Assembly (NCBI GenBank): GCA_965242725.1
Contig: CBDESZ010000022.1
Location: 77,100 to 141,099 of the forward strand
Reading direction: 5' to 3'
Length of the DNA: 64,000 nt
Source of the DNA: Alkalispirochaeta sp.
GTDB lineage: Bacteria; Spirochaetota; Spirochaetia; DSM-27196; Alkalispirochaetaceae
Shown here: in pieces, positions 19,392-28,389 of the stretch
Layout: each line of letters opens with the position of its first letter
Position numbering within the stretch: the stretch's first letter is position 1
Program-made: the position numbers and the translations under genes
Notes under the pieces: generated by a model
The model's database searches: none
Told to the model about the DNA's origin: nothing
The model's input: only the letters and a program-made list of their open reading frames with translations

Positions 19392-20826
19392 AAACGGCAT
19401 CAAGAATATCTTCCGACGTCACCTCGCCGGTTATTTCTCCAAGACCGTGAAGAGCGTCCTGGAGATCGACACTCAGGGCATCTACCGGAATCGACTCCTC
19501 GGCACCGCGGAGAAATTCATCCAGGGCGGCGATGGTACGCTCAATACTGTTTTTCTGCCTCAGCGAGTCGATCACCGGCACGCCGGTATGCGGTTTTTGT
19601 GCAGGCTCCAGTGCTGCGGCGATCGCGGATACAAGCCCGTCCACACCCTGAAGGGTACGGGAACTGACGGTGATGAACGGTATGTCTCCGGGAGGGGCTT
19701 TGCATTCCCGGTGGTCACTTTTGTTCCAGACCGGCACGACCCGCCCGCCGCCCCGGCGTAGTGATTTGCCCGTATCGGTTGTGCTGCCCCGGCGTGGTGG
19801 CTGATCCGCATCGGCTGTGGCGCTCGGCGGTGTCGCCGACATGGGGTCGGCGACACCGCCGAGCTCTCCTATATGTTCACGGTCGCCCTCGGAAAGACCT
19901 TCCGTGCCGTCAACGACGTAAACGACGATGTCTGCGCCCGTGGCGACGTCCCGGGTTCGACGTATACCCTCTTCTTCAATGACCTCCGTCGTGCTCCGCA
20001 GCCCCGCCGTGTCAAAAAGTTCCACCGGGATGCCGTGAACGTTGATCCGGCTGCTTATGTAATCCCGCGTCGTCCCGTGTATTTCGCTCACGATGGCGCG
20101 CTCTTCCTTGAGAAAGGCGTTAAAGAGGGAGGACTTGCCCGCATTTGTACGCCCCGCAAGAACCACCCGCGCACCGTCCTGATAGAGCTTCCCCGTCTGA
20201 TAGGTGTCCATGAGTTCTTTGAGACGGGAACGACTGCGCCGAACGACGTCGAGATCGACGGGGATTTCTCCCGTTTCCTCCTCCGGATAGTCGAGCTGTA
20301 TGGCGACCGATGCCATGACACGGACAAGGTCATCCCTGATCTCTGTGACGGCGTGCTCAATGCTTCCGCCGAGGCGCTGTACCGCCATTTGAAAGCCGGT
20401 TTCCGTCTGGGCATTGACGATTTCGTTTATCGCTTCCGCCCTTGTCAAATCGACCTTTCCGGCGAGAAAGGCGCGCTGGGTGAACTCTCCCGGGTCGGCG
20501 GGTCGAAACCCGGACTGATAGAGCTGCTGCAATATGCGCCTGATCCCGGGGACGCTTCCGTGGCTGAATATTTCCACAAGATCCTCACCGGTGTAGCTCC
20601 GGGGAGTGCGAAATACGGCGACCATCACCTCATCGATGACCTCGTTGGTACCAGGATCGATGAAATGTGCCCGCCGGATTCGGCCGCCCTCGGTGTTCCG
20701 GATCTTTTCCGCACGGTCCGTCAGGGAGGCAATCGCTTCCACGCATTGCGGGCCGCTTGTGCGTATGACCGCCAGTGCCGACGGTGACAACGGCGTAGCC
20801 AATGCGGCAATGAGATCGTTTTCCAT
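19366..20826 (-). CDS. mnmE: tRNA modification GTPase MnmE
   Basis: IAALAT, PRSYTGED, GEFTQRAF, GRTNAGKSS, GTTRD, DTAG, NKSD, FCVGK terminus. Confidence 0.96.
   Translation of the reverse strand: MENDLIAALATPLSPSALAVIRTSGPQCVEAIASLTDRAEKIRNTEGGRIRRAHFIDPGTNEVIDEVMVAVFRTPRSYTGEDLVEIFSHGSVPGIRRILQQLYQSGFRPADPGEFTQRAFLAGKVDLTRAEAINEIVNAQTETGFQMAVQRLGGSIEHAVTEIRDDLVRVMASVAIQLDYPEEETGEIPVDLDVVRRSRSRLKELMDTYQTGKLYQDGARVVLAGRTNAGKSSLFNAFLKEERAIVSEIHGTTRDYISSRINVHGIPVELFDTAGLRSTTEVIEEEGIRRTRDVATGADIVVYVVDGTEGLSEGDREHIGELGGVADPMSATPPSATADADQPPRRGSTTDTGKSLRRGGGRVVPVWNKSDHRECKAPPGDIPFITVSSRTLQGVDGLVSAIAAALEPAQKPHTGVPVIDSLRQKNSIERTIAALDEFLRGAEESIPVDALSVDLQDALHGLGEITGEVTSEDILDAVFSGFCVGK
19750..19864. repeat. 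36-bp tandem duplication plus perfect 19-bp inverted repeat inside mnmE
   Basis: 19750-19785 vs 19786-19821 are 26/36 identical; GCTCGGCGGTGTCGCCGAC(19822-19840)-ATGGG-GTCGGCGACACCGCCGAGC(19846-19864). Confidence 0.9.
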
Positions 20827-20869
20827 AGCCTGCAGAAACTACCTCTGTTGCACTACAATGACAAGGAGT

Positions 20870-21691
20870 ATGAAACACCCCCTATTGAAAACGCTTATGG
20901 ACGCGGGGAGAAGTGGAACGCCCGTTCTTTTTGCCCACAGGGGAAGCTCCGCCGCTGCCCTTGAGAATACGATGTCCGCCTTTGTCCGATCACGGGAGGA
21001 CGGTATCCCCGCCGTGGAACTGGACGTTCAGGTAAGCGGCGACGGGAAACTCGTCGTCTTTCATGACGGCGATCTCCGCAGATTGGGGGGCGTCCCGGAC
21101 AGAATCGCAAATACGCCCTACCACGAGCTCGCTTCCATCCGCCTTTCCGGACCGCCCCGGGGGAAGAACGGAACGGGCGGAGAATCGGCCCTCCTCACCG
21201 ATGTGGGCATCCCCCTCTTTTCCCACGTCGTAGAAGCCCTTGGTCCGCAGATCATTCTCGACGTGGAGATCAAATCATATGACGATACGCCCTGGAAAAC
21301 GGGAATGATCCTCGCCGAGGCCGTTGCAACACTCGGTATTGCCGATCGTGTCCTCGTTTCCTCCTTTGATCCCCGTCGTATCTGGTCCTTTCGTAAAGGT
21401 GCCCGGCACTTCCTGAAGCGCCACCCAGTGCCGTGTGCCGCCATTTACGCCCGGGAAGAAGAGGTGCCCTGGTACCTGCGTCGCGGCGCCGGACGACTCA
21501 TCGGAGGCGGAAGAATCCGCAAACCCTCATGGCGTGACCTTGGAACCGGGAAGCCGCTACCGGCGCTGACGATTCCCTGGACAGTGAATGATGCAGTGGT
21601 TGCCGCCGACCTGACGCGCCGGGGCGCGGCAGGTATCATCAGCGATGATCCCCTGCGCCTTACGGGCGTATGGGGCGAGAATTTGAGTTAA
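20870..21691 (+). CDS. Glycerophosphodiester phosphodiesterase
   Basis: FAHRG, ENT..AF, ELDV..S.DG.LVVFHD, VEIK, SSFD, WTVN, IISDDP; AAGGAG RBS. Confidence 0.9.
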   Translation: MKHPLLKTLMDAGRSGTPVLFAHRGSSAAALENTMSAFVRSREDGIPAVELDVQVSGDGKLVVFHDGDLRRLGGVPDRIANTPYHELASIRLSGPPRGKNGTGGESALLTDVGIPLFSHVVEALGPQIILDVEIKSYDDTPWKTGMILAEAVATLGIADRVLVSSFDPRRIWSFRKGARHFLKRHPVPCAAIYAREEEVPWYLRRGAGRLIGGGRIRKPSWRDLGTGKPLPALTIPWTVNDAVVAADLTRRGAAGIISDDPLRLTGVWGENLS

Positions 21692-21731
21692 GTAAATAGC
21701 GAGCCGCGGCGGCGCGCCCCGGCACGGTCCG

Positions 21732-23162
21732 TTACGGCAGCTGCGGCGCCAGAATACGTGCCAGGCGACGACCGGATTCCTGAAACGCCGCGCGAATCGT
21801 CGCCTGAGCGCTGCTTCCCGATATCCGTTCGGTAACCGTCACCTGCGGAAAGCGGTGATCACGGCGCAGATCAAACGTTACCGCTCTCGTTTCCACAACG
21901 ATATTGTACCCTTCGTTCTCGTCAAACGAGATGATTCGGGCGTCGCCCACAATCGCACGGTCGACGGACGAGAGGACTTCGAAGGGGAAAATATCATACA
22001 GATCGGCGACGGTGAGTTCTTCATCCGCCGAAAGTCGGTCCCGGTCTTCCGCGGAAAGGGTAACGGTACGAACCCGAAAGCCGCGATCCCCCAGCTCCTG
22101 CAGGACTCCCGTCATCGCTGAAATGCCGGTGATCGGATTTCCCGCAATGTCGCGATCGACAAAGGCGACGGCAGTGGGAATCTCCGCGGCGCGACTCGTT
22201 ACACGTAGTATCGCCTGGTCCCGCAGACGACCGGCCACTCCTTCAAGAAGTTCCCGTTCTTCCGGCTCCGTCACCAGTTCTTCCCATCGGAGATGAACGT
22301 TCCGGAACCACGCGGGGGCGACTTCAATCACGGTAGTTCCGGCGTACTGCGGCGGCGGAACGGCAACTTCCGCCACGCCTGCACCGTCGGTTCTTGCCGT
22401 CAGAGTCGTTCGATTCCGCTGACCGTCAACTACCGGACCGATGATCTCGGCCGCAACGGCGAGCGGCGCAAAGAGGTCACCGGAAGTGAGATCCTCAATG
22501 GCTACCGTTACGACGTGTTCCGCACCTTCTGCAAGGGGGCGGGTCTCCTCCGCGGGAAGAGCAGTAACGGTCAGGTTGGACGCCGCCGACATGGCTCCCC
22601 GGAGTATCTCAATCCGGGATCCTTCATCAGCGGGAACTTCCCGGTCCAGCAACCTCCGCAATCTCACCATCGCCTCTTCTTCGCGCTCGGGAGCGCCGTC
22701 GGCTCGTTTTCCCTCTTCCGTTGTCCGAGTGAAACGACGCACGATGGTGTCGACATCTTCCGTGATCTGAGAGGTTCGATAGAGGAGCAGCAAGAAGACC
22801 TCGTGAAAGTCGGTGGAGTCGACGTGTCGATAGTCATCGAGATATTCGACGTGATCCATGCGTCGTCGGGCGATTTCCTCTATGTGCAGGGCGACATTAT
22901 CGTCGATGGTGATCGGCCGGCTCTCCAGCTCATCGACGATGATCTGCTCTATTCTCCTCATGCCGTCGTCCGCGGCGGCGGCGCGCGCGCCGGAACGATC
23001 CTCACCCCGTCCATAGGCGATAAACTGAACTCCATCGGGATGACTGCCGCCCACGCCGGATATCCATTGCGGGGGTCCCTCCAGGCGGGGAGAGACACAT
23101 GATGCGAGAGCGAGGACGAGAGAAATTGCAACGGATGCGTATATTATGACTCTGCGTTCCAT
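21732..23162 (-). CDS. Lipoprotein, LPP20-like N-terminus and CsgG/TolB_N-like C-terminus (tentative)
   Basis: Lipobox LASC; PQWI...GRG...ARAAA pattern; C-terminal alpha/beta segment. Confidence 0.55.
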   Translation of the reverse strand: MERRVIIYASVAISLVLALASCVSPRLEGPPQWISGVGGSHPDGVQFIAYGRGEDRSGARAAAADDGMRRIEQIIVDELESRPITIDDNVALHIEEIARRRMDHVEYLDDYRHVDSTDFHEVFLLLLYRTSQITEDVDTIVRRFTRTTEEGKRADGAPEREEEAMVRLRRLLDREVPADEGSRIEILRGAMSAASNLTVTALPAEETRPLAEGAEHVVTVAIEDLTSGDLFAPLAVAAEIIGPVVDGQRNRTTLTARTDGAGVAEVAVPPPQYAGTTVIEVAPAWFRNVHLRWEELVTEPEERELLEGVAGRLRDQAILRVTSRAAEIPTAVAFVDRDIAGNPITGISAMTGVLQELGDRGFRVRTVTLSAEDRDRLSADEELTVADLYDIFPFEVLSSVDRAIVGDARIISFDENEGYNIVVETRAVTFDLRRDHRFPQVTVTERISGSSAQATIRAAFQESGRRLARILAPQLP

Positions 23163-24287
23163 CTACTGCACTTCTTCCATGGTAAAATAGCCCAACCGCG
23201 CCTCATGGTCCATGTCAAATCGGTATGGCCCGCCTTTCAGGGCGTCCATGATGCGTTGTTCCGCATCCCCGGGAGAACGATGTATATACCATAGGTTATC
23301 GGATTCTCCCGGGATTCCTATACTCCGCATAACGGCATACTGGACTGTGGCGTCACCGTTCCGGTCGAAATAGATGCGATAGGTGAGTCCCGTACTGCCT
23401 ATCTCGTCCGCCGCCCGACGTCGTAGTTCAAAAACGACCCGCTGAAGGGAGCGTGGATTCACGCGGTAGAGCGAATTCAGCGCCGCATCTCCATACGACA
23501 GTGAACTGAAGACAGAGGGGCCTGAAACCGCAACGTGATGAAGTTCTTCATCCCACCCGGCAATATAGATCCCCGCCTCAAGTTCCGCGGTGGCATAATA
23601 GGTGCCGGGACCGGGGCTCTCCTGAAATCTGTCCGAAATGACAATGACGAGACGGTTTCCAAAAGCAGCCGTCTCGCCTGTGGGCGCCCCGCCTGCGGAC
23701 ATTTGGTCTGCAGAATCGCCGTCAGCGGGTACTCCGATCACTCCGTCATAGACGACGCCGCCCGCTTCAAGGAGCCCAAGGATGATGTGCCGGCGGATCG
23801 GGTCATCCCCGTCATCGGTATTGAAGCGAATCGCCGTCGGGCGGGAGTCGACCCACCTCGACACCCGCAGCGCCGTTGTCCGGTTGGGTACGGATGTCGC
23901 CACTTCCGTGGGAGGCCGCCACGACGGGGAGACCGCCCGCCTCTCGTCCGCCGGTGGCCGCGGTTCCTCCGGCGTTTCAGGTTTCTCCGGCAATTCAGGT
24001 TCCTCCGCTGTTTCCGGCTCCTCCGGCAGTTCAGGTTCCTTTCGTTCCGCCGGGGTCGGAGGAACGATCGCGGCGACGGCTTCCTGACCGTCTTCAGGTA
24101 TTTCCTGTTCCGCGGGGCCGACTGTTTCCGCCGCGTCTTCCGGAGAACGTTCGGGGTCGGCAGATACGGTGCGTCCGCCCCCCGATGGTTCGGGCGCAAC
24201 GGCCGTCTGACATGCCGACAGGAATAAAAGAATGGTCACGCCGGTGATGACATAGAGCGAAATAAAAGAAGGGGACGATCCGGTCAC
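23163..24287 (-). CDS. Hypothetical lipoprotein with Pro/Glu-rich linker
   Basis: Lipobox LSAC; EPELPE repeats; abuts both neighbours. Confidence 0.6.
   Translation of the reverse strand: MTGSSPSFISLYVITGVTILLFLSACQTAVAPEPSGGGRTVSADPERSPEDAAETVGPAEQEIPEDGQEAVAAIVPPTPAERKEPELPEEPETAEEPELPEKPETPEEPRPPADERRAVSPSWRPPTEVATSVPNRTTALRVSRWVDSRPTAIRFNTDDGDDPIRRHIILGLLEAGGVVYDGVIGVPADGDSADQMSAGGAPTGETAAFGNRLVIVISDRFQESPGPGTYYATAELEAGIYIAGWDEELHHVAVSGPSVFSSLSYGDAALNSLYRVNPRSLQRVVFELRRRAADEIGSTGLTYRIYFDRNGDATVQYAVMRSIGIPGESDNLWYIHRSPGDAEQRIMDALKGGPYRFDMDHEARLGYFTMEEVQ
23962..24040. repeat. 18-bp coding tandem repeat, about 4.4 copies
   Basis: Units ggttcctccggcgtttca / ggtttctccggcaattca / ggttcctccgctgtttcc / ggctcctccggcagttca / ggttcct. 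Confidence 0.85.
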
Positions 24288-26083
24288 GAGTCGGATACCG
24301 TCGCTATGACGGCGCCATTGCCGTGGTCCGCCAGTCTACCGGAAACAATATAAAGCTCACTTCCTATCGCATCGGGAACCGTTATCACCCCGTCGTCACT
24401 GAGGGCATAGTCGATTCCCGTTGCGAGAGAAAGACCTGTGGAGACGACTCTATTGGATACAATGTCCGAGTAGGAGTCAAACGAATCCACGGGATAACCG
24501 GCACCCTCCGGATCAAGGAGATATACCGTTTCCGCGTCCCGCCATACAAGGAACTGAGAAACATTGTCCCGGGACAGAACGAGAAAATAGTGGTCTTCCG
24601 GCAGGCTGAGGTGAACCTGCTCCACTGCAAGATCAACGAATGCAGACCGAATCGGCCGGTCCTGCGTTCTGCCGCCGTGATGGAAGAAAAAGGTGGAATA
24701 TTCCGAATCAAAATAGTCCTGCACGCTTTTCACTACGGCAACCTCAAACAGTTCCATGAGAATAGATCCCGGTCCCTCAAAGGTCATCTCCGGAAAATCC
24801 ACAAAAGGAACTTCCTCTCCCGTCACCACAGGAAAAACAGAATACGGTCTGCCTTCAGATTGGGGGATAAGAAAGAGACCATCTTCGTCGTGAACAAGAA
24901 GGAGCGAAAGGTTTATCCACTCCGACCGTACCGCCCCGAAACTATTCGTTCCCGTCCGATATGGTTCCGAAGGTGTCACCGCCGTTTCGATATCGCCGCT
25001 GCCGTCACGGCCTATACGTATCCGGATAGAGGTATTGTCGTCTCCTCCAAAGGCAAGAATGAAGGTATCCATGTCGGATTCATTCCCCTGGACGGAAGGG
25101 ACATCACTCCATGCAAAGCGAACGTTCAGCCGTACCGCATCGCCGACATCAGGGACGATCTCGTAGGGGATTTTTACCGTACCGCCGGAATACAACCGGT
25201 ATCCAAGACGTTCCTTTTCCACGTCGAGGGTCACACCGTCGTTCACTTCAATCGCACGGAACTCCCCTTCAACGGCATCGACCACCGGAGTCCGACGTCC
25301 GTCAAAGGGATACTGCAGGATGGTTGAACCGGCGGCGCGGGTTTCCCTGGCGGCGGAACGTATGAATACTTCCGTCCCCGCGCTTATCGTCGTCGGTTTT
25401 GTGATATCGACGCCCTCTTCCGGACCCCACGGATAGAGATCCACAACGATAGGATGGACCCCTATCGCCCCGCCCGGTGAGAAGACGATCTTTTCACTTC
25501 CCGCATCGACATATCCCTCTCCTACGACGCGATCCCGAAAATACCAGACGAGATACGGTCTCGTACCGTCGGCGACGGCCACATCCGCAACCGCGACGGC
25601 ATCGGAGTCCGCCTCCACCGCAGAGGGGTAGACGGTGACACTGTCAAAGGCAGGGGGCGTCTCCATGACGAAAAACTGCCGTTCATCAAAGAGGAGCACT
25701 TCCTCGCCACGGTAGGCGGAGACTCGCAACAGATACGATCCTGGCACCGGGTTGGGAAGCTCGACTTTCGGCAACTGAGACTGGAGGAGAAGATCGTCGG
25801 AAAATGTAGTTTCACCGATTATCTCACCGTCCATATCGACGAGGGTTACGTTGAGTTCCGTCGCCCGGGACATATCCTCCTCGGGGTACGTCAACTGAAT
25901 GGAGAGAAATGAATCGGGCGTCACCACCTCACCGACGGCGAGAGTCTGCAGAACGGGCCCCTCAGTCTCATCGAGGGATGAGAAGAGATCAAGATTTTCC
26001 GTACAGCCCGACAACACTCCGAACACGAGAAATACGAAAAATACATGCAATCCGGCCAGGCCGCGCCGGATAAACCCCTCCAT
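24284..26083 (-). CDS. Hypothetical acidic beta-rich lipoprotein
   Basis: Lipobox LSGC after a hydrophobic stretch; about 600 codons; stop overlaps the next start. Confidence 0.65.
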   Translation of the reverse strand: MEGFIRRGLAGLHVFFVFLVFGVLSGCTENLDLFSSLDETEGPVLQTLAVGEVVTPDSFLSIQLTYPEEDMSRATELNVTLVDMDGEIIGETTFSDDLLLQSQLPKVELPNPVPGSYLLRVSAYRGEEVLLFDERQFFVMETPPAFDSVTVYPSAVEADSDAVAVADVAVADGTRPYLVWYFRDRVVGEGYVDAGSEKIVFSPGGAIGVHPIVVDLYPWGPEEGVDITKPTTISAGTEVFIRSAARETRAAGSTILQYPFDGRRTPVVDAVEGEFRAIEVNDGVTLDVEKERLGYRLYSGGTVKIPYEIVPDVGDAVRLNVRFAWSDVPSVQGNESDMDTFILAFGGDDNTSIRIRIGRDGSGDIETAVTPSEPYRTGTNSFGAVRSEWINLSLLLVHDEDGLFLIPQSEGRPYSVFPVVTGEEVPFVDFPEMTFEGPGSILMELFEVAVVKSVQDYFDSEYSTFFFHHGGRTQDRPIRSAFVDLAVEQVHLSLPEDHYFLVLSRDNVSQFLVWRDAETVYLLDPEGAGYPVDSFDSYSDIVSNRVVSTGLSLATGIDYALSDDGVITVPDAIGSELYIVSGRLADHGNGAVIATVSDS

Positions 26084-26121
26084 AATTACAAATATACACG
26101 CGGTGAGTCGGAAAAACCAAA

Positions 26122-27414
26122 TCAAACTTCATCGGAAAGGCGCGGCAGCGGCGTATCCGCCGGTACCGACCGTCCCCACTCGCGGAGAACCTCCAGAATC
26201 GTCGCTGCGGCGCGTTCCATAGACCCGAGGGGCACCCATTCATAGGGACCGTGAAAGTTCAAACCTCCCGCAAACACATTGGGGGTGGGCAGACCCATTT
26301 CCGTGAGCCGCGCGCCGTCGGTACCGCCCCGTATCGGTTCCAGAACGGGCGTCACTCCGACCGACTGTATCGCCTTCTTCAATATGTCCACCATAAAGGG
26401 ATAGTCCCGCAGGGTGTCACGCATATTGAGATACTGCTGCTCCGACGTCACCGAGACACGACACCGGGGATACGCCTTTTCAATCGTTTCTGCCAGCGAC
26501 TCGATGAACGCGACCCGCCGCAACACTTCCGTCAGTTCGAAATCCCGGATAATGAACTCAATCTCCGCATGCCCATAGTCGCCCGTCACTTCCACAGGGC
26601 AGTAAAATCCAAAACGACCGTCAGTCGCCTCGGGACTTTCATTCTGGGGAACCATGGAAAGGAACTGCCCGGCGATTGTCACGGCGTTGGCCATTTTTCC
26701 CCGGGCGCTGCCGGGATGTATGACGTACCCGTCAATAGCAACGCGAACACGGTAGGCGCTGAAGCATTCCGCCTCGATGCTCCCCTCTTTTCCGCCGTCC
26801 ATGGTATAGGCAAAGCGGGCGTGAAGGGAGGGTACGTCGAGTCTGTCCACTCCCCGCCCTATTTCCTCATCGGGGGTAAATATGATTTCCAGCTCGGGAT
26901 GAGGAAATTCCGGATGATCCACAAGAAACCGGACGGCCGCCATGATCTCCGCAACCCCCGCCTTGTCGTCGGCTCCGAGAAGGGTCGTACCGTCGGCGGT
27001 GATGATCGTCTCGCCCCGGAAATCAAGGAGATCCGGGTACTCCGCGGGATCGATAGAAACACCGTTGCCGAGCTCGAGCACCGATCCGTCATAATCCACC
27101 CATACCCGGGGGGATACATTCTTTCCGCTGCTGTCCGGTGCCGTATCCATGTGTGCGAGGAAGGCCACAGCCGGTGCCGAGACCCCTTTCGTCGGGGGAA
27201 TGCGGGCGATCACGTATCCATACTCCGTAATGGTCACATCGGATAGTCCCAACTCGGTCAATTCCCGCTCCAGCATACGCGCCAGGTCCCATTGCTGCGG
27301 GGTAGAAGGCGTCGTATCACTGTGGCGTGAGCTGGTCGTATGAACGGCCACGTATCGAAGAAAACGGGCGAGCACATCCTCCCGGAGAGCATCGCGATAT
27401 TGTGTCAGATCCAT
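26122..27414 (-). CDS. pepT: Peptidase T (M20 tripeptidase)
   Basis: RFLRYV...T.S, AHMDT, LGADDKAG, FTPDEEIGRG, IRGGTDG, NFHGPYE. The true start is ATG 27414, not 28233. Confidence 0.95.
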   Translation of the reverse strand: MDLTQYRDALREDVLARFLRYVAVHTTSSRHSDTTPSTPQQWDLARMLERELTELGLSDVTITEYGYVIARIPPTKGVSAPAVAFLAHMDTAPDSSGKNVSPRVWVDYDGSVLELGNGVSIDPAEYPDLLDFRGETIITADGTTLLGADDKAGVAEIMAAVRFLVDHPEFPHPELEIIFTPDEEIGRGVDRLDVPSLHARFAYTMDGGKEGSIEAECFSAYRVRVAIDGYVIHPGSARGKMANAVTIAGQFLSMVPQNESPEATDGRFGFYCPVEVTGDYGHAEIEFIIRDFELTEVLRRVAFIESLAETIEKAYPRCRVSVTSEQQYLNMRDTLRDYPFMVDILKKAIQSVGVTPVLEPIRGGTDGARLTEMGLPTPNVFAGGLNFHGPYEWVPLGSMERAAATILEVLREWGRSVPADTPLPRLSDEV

Positions 27415-27468
27415 GACGCATCTTACCGCCATTTGCATTGTACCGACAAGTTTCCGTATATTGAGGCT

Positions 27469-28389
27469 ATGGGAATACCTCAATACCCCGACTGTGCCCC
27501 CATCGATCTTTCGATGCGGGATCAACTTCATCCGCGCCTGTCGCTCTTGCCCGACGGCGTCTCCGAGTTTACCTTTGCCGGACTCTATCTGTTCCGTGAC
27601 ACCTATAATTATCACGTCTCCCTCCTCCCGGAAGACAAGCTGCTCATCAGCGGAGAAAAGGAAGGGGCCCACTTTTTCATGCTTCCCTGCGGACTGCCCG
27701 GGGATGAGGACGTCATAGGACAGCTCTTTGACCGCTACGACTATTTGAAGGGACTGAGCGAGCGGAATGCCGACGAGGCGTGGATCACCCTTGAAAAACT
27801 GGGACTGCAGGTCAGGGAGGATCGGGACAATTTTGACTATCTCTACCTCAAGGATGACCTTGCCAACCTGCCGGGAAAGAAATTTCACAAGAAACGGAAC
27901 CACGTGAATGCCTTTGTCAACAACTATCAGTTTGACGAACAGGCGCTCAAAGAACGGCACATTCCCGACGCCATGGGAATTCTTGAAGCGTGGCAGAAGG
28001 ACAGGGAGGACCGCGCCGATTACGCCGCCGCCCGGGAAGCGCTTGAGCGGTTTCAGGAGCTTGAACTCAAAGGGTATATCGTCTACGTCGGCGACAATCC
28101 GGCGGCCTATACCGTCGGAGAACCCCTCATGAAGGGCCAGAGCTTTGTCGTTCACTTTGAAAAGGCCGTCGATGACTACCGCGGCATATACCAGTTTATC
28201 AATAAGGCCTTTGCAACGATGCTTCCAAAGCATTACAAATGGATAAACAGGGAACAGGATCTGGGGGATGAAGGTCTGCGACAGTCAAAGATGACCTACC
28301 GACCCACGGGATTCGTGAAGAAGTACCGGGTTGGCAGAAATCTCCCCGAAATGGGTGGTGATGCAGGAGAAACTCAAAAAAGCGCTTGA
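27469..28389 (+). CDS. DUF2156 / MprF C-terminal-like GNAT-fold protein
   Basis: SEFTFAGLY, DRDNFDYLY, L.GKKFHKKRNHVN.F, HFEKA, INREQDLG.EGLR.SK..Y.P. Confidence 0.85.
   Translation: MGIPQYPDCAPIDLSMRDQLHPRLSLLPDGVSEFTFAGLYLFRDTYNYHVSLLPEDKLLISGEKEGAHFFMLPCGLPGDEDVIGQLFDRYDYLKGLSERNADEAWITLEKLGLQVREDRDNFDYLYLKDDLANLPGKKFHKKRNHVNAFVNNYQFDEQALKERHIPDAMGILEAWQKDREDRADYAAAREALERFQELELKGYIVYVGDNPAAYTVGEPLMKGQSFVVHFEKAVDDYRGIYQFINKAFATMLPKHYKWINREQDLGDEGLRQSKMTYRPTGFVKKYRVGRNLPEMGGDAGETQKSA

Noticed and set aside
20606..20869. 5' extensions of GDPD (also of argB from 53035 and of the hydrolase from 59368)
   Set aside because: They overlap neighbouring genes. Downstream ATGs fit the domain starts better.
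23962..24040. Short repeats as a CRISPR array
   Set aside because: They are contiguous 18-bp coding repeats with no spacers and no cas genes.
27415..28233. 272-aa N-terminal extension of PepT in the ORF track
   Set aside because: It is the stop-free antisense of the DUF2156 gene. PepT similarity starts at ATG 27414.
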